DNA of 64,000 nucleotides from Macrostomum lignano (Eukaryota): NCBI GenBank assembly GCA_002269645.1, contig NIVC01001856.1, positions 124,001 to 188,000 of the forward strand, read 5' to 3'. Shown piece by piece: positions 39,724 to 51,843 of this stretch (position 1 is its first letter; each line of letters starts with the position of its first letter). The notes under the pieces were generated by a model. It saw only the letters and a program-made list of their open reading frames with translations, ran no database searches and was not told where the DNA came from. The position numbers and the translations under genes were made by a program.

Positions 39724-42461
39724 CACCTCATCACAATATACCCTTTCTTGTTCAACTTTAACAAATCTGCAATGCAATTTAGACAACTTGACATTCATTT
39801 TGATCATCAATTTTTATACTTTTAGTTAGACTTTTAAATTAAACAAAGCCAGTTCTTCATTGAGAGTACTTTGTCTATGGTCTAAATTCAAGTTTTGGGG
39901 CAAAGCTCACATTCAATTTCAACAACTCTAATTCAATTTAGACATGCTAATCTGAGCCCTTTAGACTTTTGCTTCCTGTCAGCTGTCTCCGACCTTGAGA
40001 AAGAAAAGAATTGGAGACTAATGTATATTCTGTAAGAAAGGCTGGCCTCATCCTAAAACCTTCAATAACAGTATGCATGAACATAATAGAACAGAGAAAA
40101 ATTCAATGTTGAAATTGAATGGGAAAAGGTGTAATTTAAGCTATATATGATATACTATTAAAAATATAAAACCTGAGTAACAACTTTTGGAGATCAATTT
40201 TGTAAGATCAATTTTAGAAAGTAGCTCGTAGAACAATCATACCAGCAAACTTGTAACAATTTGGCATCAGTAGTAGATTTAAAAGAGCAGAGAAACCCTA
40301 TAACATAACTATTTGCAACTCATATTGTTGCTCTTGCAATAATGAAGTATATTTGTTAATAGTCTTAGTGCAATACCAAATATAAAAAGAATATATTGTA
40401 ACAAATTCTAAAAGAAAGAAAATTGGCTTGATTTATTCTTGATTTTCATCTTGTTGGAAAGTTGGTGCTATTAGCACAATTTTTGATAGACATTAATATA
40501 TAAAAATAGATAAAAATTTGACAAACATTCATCTTTATATCATCTTCATCTTTGTTAGACTAAAAGAAAAAAGTTAGAGCAAAAAATTAGATAACTTATC
40601 AATTTCTTAAAAAACATAATAACAACTCCAACTTTCACTCAATATAACTCCAATTTTCAATTATATATAATATGTATAAATATGACAATGTATGTTTGTC
40701 CAATTTTATCAATATTCATCTACACAAGTCAGACCAATTACATAACTATTGCTTAACACTGAAGGCTCAATATTAATGCAAAAATGCATATAGTTAATGT
40801 AGATAGGCAAAGTACTGCACTATGGAATATTACCACTGTGTTAATGATTCAATACTAATGCTAACTAGCATTGTACCCTATTCTTTACCCTATAAATAAG
40901 CTGCTTTTTGGTGTAAGACAACAAGACAATATAATATTAGATAAGAATGAAGCTTCCCACATTTGGCTACTTCCTTCCAGTGTTTCTGAGTTAAAAAGAA
41001 TTGAATTGGGATACTTCTTGGACTATTAGACAGTTTTTATAGAAACATCAATGCTTCTGGACAGAAGCAGCCAAAGAAGCAGACCATTTTTTCAGCGGGT
41101 AAAAGATAGGCCTATAAAGCCCTAAAACATATACCTAATGATACACACACTGCAGTGCAAAAGTATTCATTTATAATCATAAAGCAACATGTCAATATAA
41201 TACTTAGCAATAAATTAATTTGCCATAAAAGCATAAAACCATGAAGCATTAATCCTTTTTACATTGCTTGGGAATTCAAGAACCAGTCCATAGTCTTGTG
41301 GAGGCCTTTTTTGGAGAAAATTCCCTGCATGCATAGGCTTCTGAACATCTGCACCATATACAGCATGGCTCAAAGCCATTTCTACCATGTAGCCACATAC
41401 TTAGTGTGGATAGCGAACTATACACTGCTCCACAGTATGCAAGATGGTGCAACTCATAAATCACAACCAATTTACAAATTCACAAAACTAAATGAACACT
41501 CTTGTTAACAAAAATTTTGTTTTCCTAATTAATTTTTTACTGAATATTTATCTATATTTTGCAGCAAATTTGTTTTGATTGTTATAATTTTAATAAATAC
41601 AGTTTTTTTTCAAGTTTAATTTTTTAAAATTATTACTCTTTTAATAGAATTTTTCAAGTAAACACAAAACATCAATCTTAACAAAATAACAAAAAACTGA
41701 TGTTATGAAGCACTTTCTGTCACTAAAATGACAAAACTCACCAAATCTTTTAATTTTCTTCTTCAAAAAAGTTGTGTATCTATCATAAAAACAACATGTA
41801 ACTGTAAAAACTATTTGTCATAAAATAAAAGGCACTGGTTGCAACTGCAAAAAAGGTCCTTTATTGTTGCAACACCTTATAGGCCCTTTTTGTAAAACAT
41901 GACTGCTAACTAAATGCAATTTCCATGGTGGCCAAAAAATGTTCCCACATGGCCTGCACATTTACAAGACTATGGGAACCAATATATAAATATATTAATT
42001 AAACCAGAGCCAATTGATTAGTTTGCTGTCTGTATCAACAATTATCTAGGATACCAAAAAAGCCCCAGACAATGGAGGCTAATAATTAAGTGAATAATGG
42101 AAAGGCGAGAATGAAAGTCTAAGATGTGGCAAAAAAGGCAGCTATGACAAAGGCTTCTATCTACAAAGGCCCTTAATGCAGGGCCATAGTGGCATAGATT
42201 GTGACCATTACTCTGGTGGGCTATAGGAGGCCTACTAATATATAAAGCATTGTAGCTATCAATGCATTGTCTATGTAAGTCCATTAGCTTATTGAAATAT
42301 GATTTTAAAAAGGCCAATAAATATAAACATAACAGAATATAGACATGAAAAGATTTATTCTTTAGATACTATTCCAGAATATGGAAATCAAGGAAATTGT
42401 TAATAGAAAATTGTATCAATATTGCACTAAACTTCAACTAACTTTTCTCTAACATATATGC

Positions 42462-42621
42462 GCAACCTTGGAAATCACTTAGCCATTTCTATTGGCAACA
42501 CACACACACACACATGTAAGTCACTATTGGCTAAGAGCAATCACGTGATTACTATTTTGTCCAATAGCAACTTACATATATATGTTGCCAATAGAAATGG
42601 CCAGATAGATCCCTAGGTTGC
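42462..42621. mobile_element. Palindromic hairpin MITE (~160 bp)
   Basis: Arms GCAACCT..GCCATTTCTATTGGCAACA..TGTAAGT..CTATTGG pair across the central AATCACGTGATT. Confidence 0.8.
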
Positions 42622-45401
42622 ATCCAAGCATGGTGCAAACTATTAGAGTTAGGTCCCAATGGGCTCTCTTTGTAGTATATACCAAGCCCTATTTGGCTAA
42701 CTTTTTGTACAAAGAAAAAGTTAAAATAATCATCTAGGCCTACAGCTTTTAAAAGTAAAACTAGTCAGTTTCAGTTAAACAATGAATGTCAATAATTATT
42801 ATCCAAAAGAATAATAATAAGTCTTGAAAATATATATAATAAGGCACATTTTTTTCTAGAAATGTTTAATATTTTATTGCTAAATTGAATTCCCACCAAA
42901 AAAACATTTTAAAACATGATCATTTGTTTAAATATGTTATTTGTTCTACTTAGGTGAATTTTGTTTTAATTATGTAATCAATTTTGTTATGAATAGAGTT
43001 TTGTTTTCATTGTGATTGGTCAGCCAATGGGAGTATTATTCAAGTAGTATAAATAAAAGCTAAATAAATACTAGAATACTTCAACCTTGGAAGTTACCCT
43101 ACTAGTTAATCTTTATTTGGTTCAAACTAAAACTGAATAGTCTTTTGTCTTAAGTTATTTGAGGAATATTAAATTAATGATTGTTGAATGAAACATGATT
43201 GTGGGTTAGAAGAGCCATGTTGGATAGAATAAGGGCATTTTGCTAGCTAAATAAGCATTTTGCAATAAAAAGAGAAAGGCAGATTGCCCAGATAAGGTGG
43301 GAATTCCCCAGGAATAAGTAAACTGTTACAATTGAAATACAGGATGTATTGCTAAAAGTTGGAAATGACAGTATAAAAGCTAGAAACCCTTGGTCATTAA
43401 TAATACTATATTGGACTATATAACTTAATAATTAGTAGTCAGCAATGTCTTGCCACTTAGGCACTGATGCTACTAGGGTAACTTGTACTGATAATAGCCC
43501 ATATATGTATATCTCTAGGATAGGACAATTAGACCTAGTACAAATTGGTGGCTAGTCCAACTAGTAGGAGTTAGATAGGGAAGACCATAGTCCAGATCAT
43601 GCTAGGTGTACACCTAAACAAAAGTTTATATTTACAAATGAATGCTAAAAAAATGCAGTACACACCTATTCTTAAAACTCTGCCAATGTTGCAACAATAA
43701 ATGACCTTTTTACGTTGTGACAATAAATGACTTTTTTCATTGTGTAATAGATTCTTTTTGACATAATTTGATTAATTTTCCTATCTTTTCAGAGATACAA
43801 TTTATAATAGAAAATTGATATATGCAAAGATTTGTTTAAAAGCCTTATTACAAGCTTAAAAACCAGAAAGCATGAAATTTTGGCTTAAAATAAACTTTTT
43901 TTCATGATTTTTCTACTTTACAATAACTCTTATGCATGATTCTATAAAGTGCATGCTAGGTGTATTTTCTTAGGAATGATGCATACCAACTGTGCAAAGC
44001 CAAAGCCAATGCACGCCTAAATTTTTGGCATTTACTAGATTATTCAGAGTATAGAGGGAAGAAATAGGTCTATAATAACTTAGAGTCAGTGATGAAATTT
44101 TAATAATTAGAGAAAAGTTTTGCTTTACAATATATATAAAAGAGGGAAATGTATATTCACTTATTAAAATTTAAATTTAAATTAAATTTACTTATTTAAA
44201 AATAAGTAAATTGATAAAAAAAGCATTAAACAATTTGGTAATTTTGACTAGAGAAAAAATTAAAAAATTTAAATTTCATGCAAAATAAAGCTATGTTCAA
44301 AGTCTTTCTAGATAAAACTAAGCCTGTGGTACAAAGAAAAAAGCTGAAGGCTATTACCAAAAGCCTCTTTAGCTTTTTATATGTAGGCCTAGGCCCTAGC
44401 CTAGCCTAGCGTAGCCTAAGTAGGTTATTAGATAGATATTCATAGAAAAATTACAATACCTAGTTAAAATTCAGCGGGTTGTGCAAGTATGATCTTAGTG
44501 AAATAGATGTATATATTCGACCTATACTAGGTCTACACAACCTGAGAAATGAGAATGAGATCATCTGTATCAGTTCTAACTTATGGTTCTATACAATACA
44601 CTAATGTCGTAATGACAATTTGGAATGAAAAAGGCCTATAAACTCAGTCATCAAAAGCTAGGCCTACATAAGGATAGTGGTATTAGCTAAGTTGAATAAG
44701 ACTTTATAGATGACCTAAAGAAGGCTTAATAGACAAATGAAAAATAAAAGACTAGATAGATTTGTACTTTATGAAGGACGGATAAAAAAAGGCCTAACTT
44801 GTCACAAAAATGTTTATCAACAACAAGTCTAGATTTCGCACAAGTTTTACTTATGCTTGCCTTCCTCATTGTATAGTTTAAAAAATTCTGTGACAGAGAA
44901 TTTTGCTTAATTATATTTTACTACCTCTACAGTTCAATAAATTGTCGACTTTTGTTTTAATTTCTTTTATGAAATGGACCTAACCCCGCTAATGGATGCG
45001 TGAAATGTGGTTTAGGTCAGAACCCGAAGTCCATAAGTCGTCTATTATGTTGAGTAATCCCAGAAGCTACTTTCATTGTTTTCATTGTTGTTACTTTCAT
45101 TCAATTAGTGGCGTCATATTTCAAAATAAGTAATATACTTTTTATTTCTTAGCATTTTCAACACGTCCTCCTGTGCGAAAGGTTATTTGCTGATTATTTA
45201 AAACGTAAATTAGTATAAGCATTATAAAAAAATAATTAAAAAATGAAAATGATAACCTGATGGCTAGACTTATTTGATTACCTTTGCTAAGCAGCATCCA
45301 ATTATCACTATACACAGGACAATAGCAAACATGTCGGGAGCCACCTATTTATCGAACGGATAATTAATTTTGTAATTACGCTAAATTTGCATAGATACAA
45401 A

Positions 45402-45603
45402 GGACAAGCGGAGGGTGCTGAAGGATTGAAGGCATGGGGAAGGGGCAAGCGGAGGGTGCTGAAGGATTGAAGGCATGCGGAAGGGGCAAGCGGAGGGTGC
45501 TGAAGGATTGAAGGCATGGGGAAGGGGCAAGCGGAGGGTGCTGAAGGATTGAAGGCATGGGGAAGGGGCAAGCGGAGGGTGCTGAAGGATTGAAGGCATG
45601 GGG
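45402..45603. repeat. 41-bp minisatellite (same unit as 47046-47575) between ~75-bp direct repeats
   Basis: TGCTGAAGGATTGAAGGCATGGGGAAGGGGCAAGCGGAGGG x~5; direct repeats at 45307-45387 and 45605-45678. Confidence 0.93.
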
Positions 45604-46425
45604 AACTATACACAATAGCAACATGTCGGGGCCACCTATTTGTCGAACGGATAATTAATTTTGTAATTACGCTAAATTACAAGCGGTCCTGGCCTTTTTA
45701 GTTTTTTTTCGTTTTCCCCTATCCAAATCTCTTTAATTATTCTCCCTGTCGACTGGACACACAGTCCTCGTACCCTGGGAATCTAGGCGGATACCGCGGG
45801 GATGACACATTCCGATGAGTCGTACCCAAAGATCATATATACACAAGGTGGGCCACTCATTAATCACTTATGTGACCATAGAGGCTATAATGTGAATACA
45901 TAATTTTTCACAAATTTTGCACTTGAACATAATTTTGCAACTCGCGACAGCGCGAAAATCAACTACTGAACTCAATTTCGTCAGTAGTCTCTGCAGTGCA
46001 GGGAATATAAGATCTATGGTCGTACCCTACACCACCAGCTTCCTCCATTCAAAACACCCCATCGGCGCTCTTTGTTTGAAACCATTCATGCATAAAAAAA
46101 TTTCCACACCCTCCAATCCTCCTATCCATAAATTTACATTTCCACACCAATGTAAATTATAATTTTAATCTCTGTGTAAAAATTCAAAACAGCGCGCGCT
46201 TTTCGAACCTCGATGACAATGTAAATAATCAATTTGATGACCCTAGAATAAGGAAAATAGGGTAAATTATTGTTAACTTTGTCTAAATTACTGCACACAT
46301 CAATTCGATGATTTAAAAACTGCATTTAAGTAGTCAATGAAGCACGAGCGTAAGTGGAACTGATCAGTCCAACAGATAAACCGACTTGAGTTGATTTTGA
46401 TCAATTTCGATCTATTTAACCATAA

Positions 46426-46650
46426 TCAATATGTCATATTTTCGTAAACAAGGCGGCAGAGGAAAGCTAGTTTATTCGTAGTCAGTTTCAGATTGCACTG
46501 TCTAAATGCCTTCATGACGCAGTCGCCGCAGTCGTCAGGGAGCAAGATCGAACATTTAAGTGAAATACTCTTATCTGCGCAGCTGGCCTCCACTCGGTGC
46601 AGGAGTAGGCAGGCGGCTAACATGAACGTCAAGTTGAAGAGTCGAAGCAT
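46426..46650 (-). CDS. Small secreted six-cysteine peptide, paralog 1 (74 aa)
   Basis: MLRLFNLTFMLAACLLLHRVEA|SCADKSISLKCSILLPDDCGDCVMKAFRQCNLKLTTNKLAFLCRLVYENMTY: signal peptide plus 6 Cys; conserved frame and Cys spacing in the paralog at 51622. Confidence 0.75.
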   Translation of the reverse strand: MLRLFNLTFMLAACLLLHRVEASCADKSISLKCSILLPDDCGDCVMKAFRQCNLKLTTNKLAFLCRLVYENMTY

Positions 46651-47045
46651 ATCTGCAATTTGCTGCAAGAGGTGGCGATTGGTTTTATTAGCAAGATAAT
46701 AAATCAATTAGTTGACAGGTATTAGAATTAAGCCGCTCACCTTTTTGGTACTCGTATTATGGTTTCCTATACAAGAGTAGAAATTTCTTCCGTTTAAATC
46801 AGGCTCTTCAAATTTAGGAATAGGAATTATTTATGTTAGTTTAGTTTTCTCGACCAAGCACAAGCAAAACTTTTATATACTGTAAAGACATTTTTGCCTG
46901 CAAGGAATGCGCAAAGCTACTGAATTGTCTATGGAAAATCCAACTTGAAAAGTTACAAAAATCGATTTTTTTCGTTTCCAAAGTTTCCTGGCCCAAGGCA
47001 AGGTTTGTTGAAATTTTTATGCCAAATTTTACTGGAAACGAATGG

Positions 47046-47575
47046 TGCTGAAGGATTGAAGGCATGGGGAAGGGGCAAGCGGAGGGTGCTGAAGGATTGA
47101 AGGCATGGGGAAGGGGCAAGCGGAGGGTGCTGAAGGATTGAAGGCATGGGGAAGGGGCAAGCGGAGGGTGCTGAAGGATTGAAGGCATGGGGAAGGGGCA
47201 AGCGGAGGGTGCTGAAAGATTGAAGGCATGGGGAAGGGCAAGCGGAGGGTGCTGAAGGATTGAAGGCATGGGGAAGGGGCAAGCGGAGGGTGCTGAAGGA
47301 TTGAAGGCATGGGGAAGGGGCAAGCGGAGGGTGCTGAAAGATTGAAGGCATAGGGAAGGGCAAGCGGATGGTGCTGAAGGATTGAAGGCATGGGGAAGGG
47401 GCAAGCGGAGGGTGCTGAAGGATTGAAGGCATAGGGAAGGGGCAAGCGGAGGGTGCTGAAGGATTGAAGGCATGGGGAAGGGGCAAGCGGAGGGTGCTGA
47501 AGGATTGAAGGCATGGGGAAGGGGCAAGCGGAGGGTGCTGAAGGATTGAAGGCATAGGGAAGGGGCAAGCGGTGG
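47046..47575. repeat. 41-bp minisatellite, duplication unit 1
   Basis: Period 41 (47046 to 47087). Confidence 0.96.
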
Positions 47576-48799
47576 TTGATAGACAACTGATAATCTTCAG
47601 TAGCCAATCGATGCGAACGGGGGCTTCACGGAGCAAAACAGTGCCCCCCCCAAAAAAAAAATTAAAAGCAGACCAACAATCCAGAGTTTTATTCATCCAT
47701 GGTTTAACTCAAGACTAAATACCTAAGTGTATTGATATTGGTCTAACTTTTCTAAAGCAGGATGAATATACAAAATTTTATCGTACATGTACATGAACTG
47801 TATTGTATATCGTACGGCATACTACTTTTATTGACTGTTTGTTATTTAGTACGATTTAATTAATATCGGTTTTCATGCATGTTTTAAGGCGTTGGGTCCC
47901 AATCCCAGTTAGTATCCACAGTGATACATACGACTGCCACTCTGAACCGAGCCACCAGGCCTCGTCCCTTAGACTTTGTCCGCCTCTGGATGGTGCGGTA
48001 GCTGACGTTGCGGCCAAGATCTATAGACATATCTATAGACATATCTATAGACAGCGGGCCCGGGTTGTTTGAAAGTACACGCCAGAGGCACGGCTGTCAC
48101 CAGTCACCTGTGCAGGAGTACACCCGGTGAAAACTCCCACTAACGAGACGGGACTCCCGGTGTGTAGCAGACGAAGGTTCTTGACCCCAACTGTGCCAGA
48201 AATGGCCGATTAAGGGACTCTATGCGAGGCATACAAGGACAGTCAGTGCTGGAAACGAGGACTTTTGCATAGGGGGGGGGGTCTTTTACCTGGTGAGCGG
48301 TTTTAGACTACAATTCCCTCCTAAGCACCAGGATTCCAAGGGTGGATAATACGTAACGCCATCCTAATGTTTTCTCCCTCTTAGATGGGCTCGATGCGGC
48401 AGGGGATGGGGAAGTGCAGATCCCAGGGCTCTCTCGTGGTGCACATTCTACGGGGACTTATTTAGAAGTATTTTTAATGCTATACGATTATTTGGTAAAA
48501 TTCGACTTATACTCGGTGATTCTCCACTCTGATCCTCAGCTTCCATTCCGTGCCCTGCGACAGACGCACTCACTATTCACATTTCATACCACGTCCATAG
48601 TAAATAAGTAAACAGACAGAAGCAAACAAACTGAATATCTATGCCCTGAACTGCCGGCCTTGAACTTGGCCTTAACCGCTCAGTTAATTATGAGAATTAA
48701 AACGGAATTGATAAGTTAAGATTGAAAAATTAGGAGATGATAACCAACGGGGGGCGGGCTGATCATTCCTAAGGACAGCGCAACAGAAAAAAGATACCT

Positions 48800-50200
48800 T
48801 GCTGCTGTTGTTGTTGTTGTTGTTTCCGGCCGGTCAGTCCGGGGGGCGGGTCTGTGCCCCGACCTTCTTCAGAAAGTCCACCATCCGCCTGCAACTGTCG
48901 TTGAGCGCTTGTAGGCTCGGGTTATTGCCAAGGTGCCGGGCTCTGGCTTGTTGATGTGCACGGCAGATCTTTATGAGATGATCCTGGTCCTCGTCGGCTT
49001 CGCCGCAGTGCAGGCACGTTGGGCTGTCAGCTTGGCCGATGCGGTGGCGGTACTACTGGAGCAAGGGAGAGTGACCGGTGCGGAGCTGAGCAAGTGTAAT
49101 CTCGTCTTTTCTGGTGAGCTGTCCTTTAGGTCTGGCGCCGCTGCCAGTGGTTAGGCGGTGCGTGGTGCAATGCAGGTCCGTGCTGTAATCTGCTTTGAAA
49201 CGGGACTTGGCGGAGCGGTCAATCGCCGCTGTAGCCGCAGCCAGGCTGATTTAGAGTGGGACTGATCAAGAGTCGAGCCGGCTTTGACTGTCACGTCCGC
49301 GCATTCGTTGAATTGGAGTCCAGCATGGCCAGGCACCCATTGAAGGTCAATGTGCGTTGAGGTCGAGATCGAGAAGAGGAGCTCCCAAGTCGTGCAGCAG
49401 CCCCGAGATCGCGCTTTCGCAGGGCCTTGTTGGAGGGAGAGAAGGAACGATTGGGAGTCAGTGAGGCACCTGATGCGGTTTGGCATTTGAGCCGAGTAGA
49501 CGCGAATGATCGCAGAGAGGCCGAGGCGAAGGGCTTCCTCTTCGGCCTGAAAAGAGGAAGTGATGATCCCGGCTGGGCCAGTGATCTTTTCCACTACGGT
49601 CCGGTTTCGTACAATAGTTACCCCGGTGCCGCCGCCATAGGTGCCGTCCTTAGCCGAGCCGTCCGTCCAGATCTCGACATCCGCAACCGAGAGCTGGTCG
49701 AGCGTCTCGAGGACGGCGAGTTTGCGGATGTGAGGCGGGTCCTCCTGGTTCGTGCTGTTGTTCGTGTTCCTGTAGATGATCACTCTGGACGTATCTGTCC
49801 ATGGCGGCGGTGAGAGGGTGTCTGTGGCGCGCGGGGCTTTGAGAAGGCCGGCGGCCGTGGAGACGTTGATGGCCGTGTTGCGCCAGTCTTGGCAAACGCT
49901 ACTTGTTGTCCGTGAGCCCGTAGGCGCGGTCGCAAGGCGAGAGAGCGGAGTGGGCTGTCGTTGCCGGGCGGCCTTTTTGAATAGCCTAGCGGCCGTGGCT
50001 TTCGCGAGGGTCGTCAGGGGGAACAGCTCTGCTTCAGTGAGAAGGGCGTTAGTCGGCGTGGAGCGGCAGCACCGTGTGCATTGAGGCGCTTCTGCATGGT
50101 GCCTTTGGTGATAGTGGCGTGTTGGCGGAAGGTGAGCTGGGAGTTAAAGTGGACTCCGAGTAGGCGCGGATTTCGTCGAAGCAGGGCTGCTTGTCACAGT
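48800..50200 (-). mobile_element. 5'-truncated, decayed LINE with RNase H (I/Ingi/Nimb-like)
   Basis: RT end PRLLGVHFNSQLTFRQH; RNase H IWTDGS...SSFQAE...TDSQS...LQWVPGHAGLQFNECAD; C-terminal QLRTGH...CLHCGEADEDQDHLIKIC (CCHC); (CAA)n tail at ~48802-48825; stops and deletions. Confidence 0.9.
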
Positions 50201-51107
50201 GGTTGCACGGTGGCGGCTGCAGTCATGGACCATCAATCCAGAAGAGACACGTCCGGGGGGGATGTTAAAGCCGAGAGAAGTTATAGCTTCGGAAACGGAA
50301 ACAGTGAAGGGTTCTCCGCTCAGGGCTCAGAAGAGCTCTTATTTATAGCCCTGAGATCGTGAGCCTGATGCGTGATATCGAAGGCTGTGACTTGTCCTTG
50401 ACCTCCGTTACCAAGCAAACCTGATGACGTCACCCGTCAGCCGCGCTGTGATTGGACGAGAAATTGGGGTGGGACGCAGCGAAGAAAAATGATTTATGAA
50501 GGGGAATTACATAACAGACAGGAAAAGGCTTGGGGAGATAGGGGTCATAAAACTGTCACACGCATGAATGATTTCGAACAATACATGTAGAAAGGAGGTG
50601 GGGTTGGTGCGCGGGGGAGTGGGGTGGGCGATAAGCATGAGTCATCGTGATCACATGGGAAGGATGTAGGGTCCGCAAAAATTAGTGGGGGCCCATGACG
50701 TGCCTACATCAGTTTGTTAAAAATGTAGAATATCTTTCTATGAGTCGCACCGTTTCTACCCACCTTCCTCATTCTCTTCAACCACCCTATCTCCGCTCTT
50801 TGTTTGAAAATATTCATGCAGAACAAATTTTCAACGCTTCTTATCTCTGGAATGTAAATTATATTTAATATCTCTATGCAAAATTTCGAATTCGCGCGCT
50901 TTTCGAGCCTCCTTTGCTGCGACCTCCAACCCATTTTTTAGCCAATCAGAGCAGGGCTGGTGCTCAGTTGCTAGACAACGCGGTTCACAGACGGGTCACG
51001 GATGGGTCACGGACGGGTCACGGACGGGTTACGGACGGGTCACGGTTACTCTTCCACTTCTTGGACAACCAATCCAAATGCCCGCGCTACCTTCGAGTTC
51101 CCTGTGT

Positions 51108-51362
51108 GTATTAGTTTAGCTTAGAAGGAATGAGCTCTGTGTGCACCCTGGCGCACATCCGGCGAGAGGCATTGCTGCCCATTCCGCCGACTCCCCTGAG
51201 CAGGCACACAAGCGCGCGGATACGTACGCAGTCATACGCACAGGCATACACTCACACAGTGTACAGCGGCCCTAACTTTATTTATCGTTAGGCATGTACA
51301 CTTCACTGTGCCTTGGGGGTTGGCCCTCAAGCTGGTCGTTACCTGGTAATTGCACGAGCAGA
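51108..51362 (-). mobile_element. SINE copy (5'-truncated), minus strand
   Basis: Reverse complement of the 7020-7265 body including the ACTA-type tail. Confidence 0.85.
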
Positions 51363-51621
51363 CACAACAATGAACTACAATGATCGCTTATTGGGCTTAA
51401 ACTCATTTTTAAGATAGGAAAATGAGATATGAGCGTATTTATGTCAACTTTTGACAAAATTTGACACACGTCGATCCGATATCATTTCAAAAACTGCAGT
51501 ACGTAGCCAATAAAGTGCGAGTGTAAATCAAACTGAAAGTTCTACATATTCAAACTGTGTGCCTTAACTCTGATCAGTTTTGATTTATTTCAAACATTCA
51601 AATATACGAGAGCTCATTGTC

Positions 51622-51843
51622 TCATTGTACGGTTGAATTTGCCGCATCGCAGAGAAAAGCTATTTTTCGAGACGCCAGTTTCAGATTGCACTGTTCAAAT
51701 GACTCCATGACGCAGTCGCCGCAGTCGTCAGGGAGCAAGATCGAACATTTAAGTAAAATACTCTTATCTGTGCAGCTGGCCTCCACTCCGTGCAGCAGCA
51801 GGCAGGCGGATAACAGCAAGGTCAAGTTTAGGAGTCGAAGCAT
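51622..51843 (-). CDS. Small secreted six-cysteine peptide, paralog 2 (73 aa)
   Basis: MLRLLNLTLLLSACLLLHGVEA|SCTDKSILLKCSILLPDDCGDCVMESFEQCNLKLASRKIAFLCDAANSTVQ; AATAAA ~30 nt after the stop on the minus strand. Confidence 0.75.
   Translation of the reverse strand: MLRLLNLTLLLSACLLLHGVEASCTDKSILLKCSILLPDDCGDCVMESFEQCNLKLASRKIAFLCDAANSTVQ

Noticed and set aside
42070-42290. HTH-like relic (DVAKKAAMTKASIY)
   Set aside because: Frame broken by several stops; the resemblance is too short to support a call.
39300-44830. Complete LTR retrotransposon implied by the PBS-like tRNA complement
   Set aside because: No convincing paired LTR or gag/pol motifs found by eye; only 9-10-nt coincidental matches near 44765-44806.
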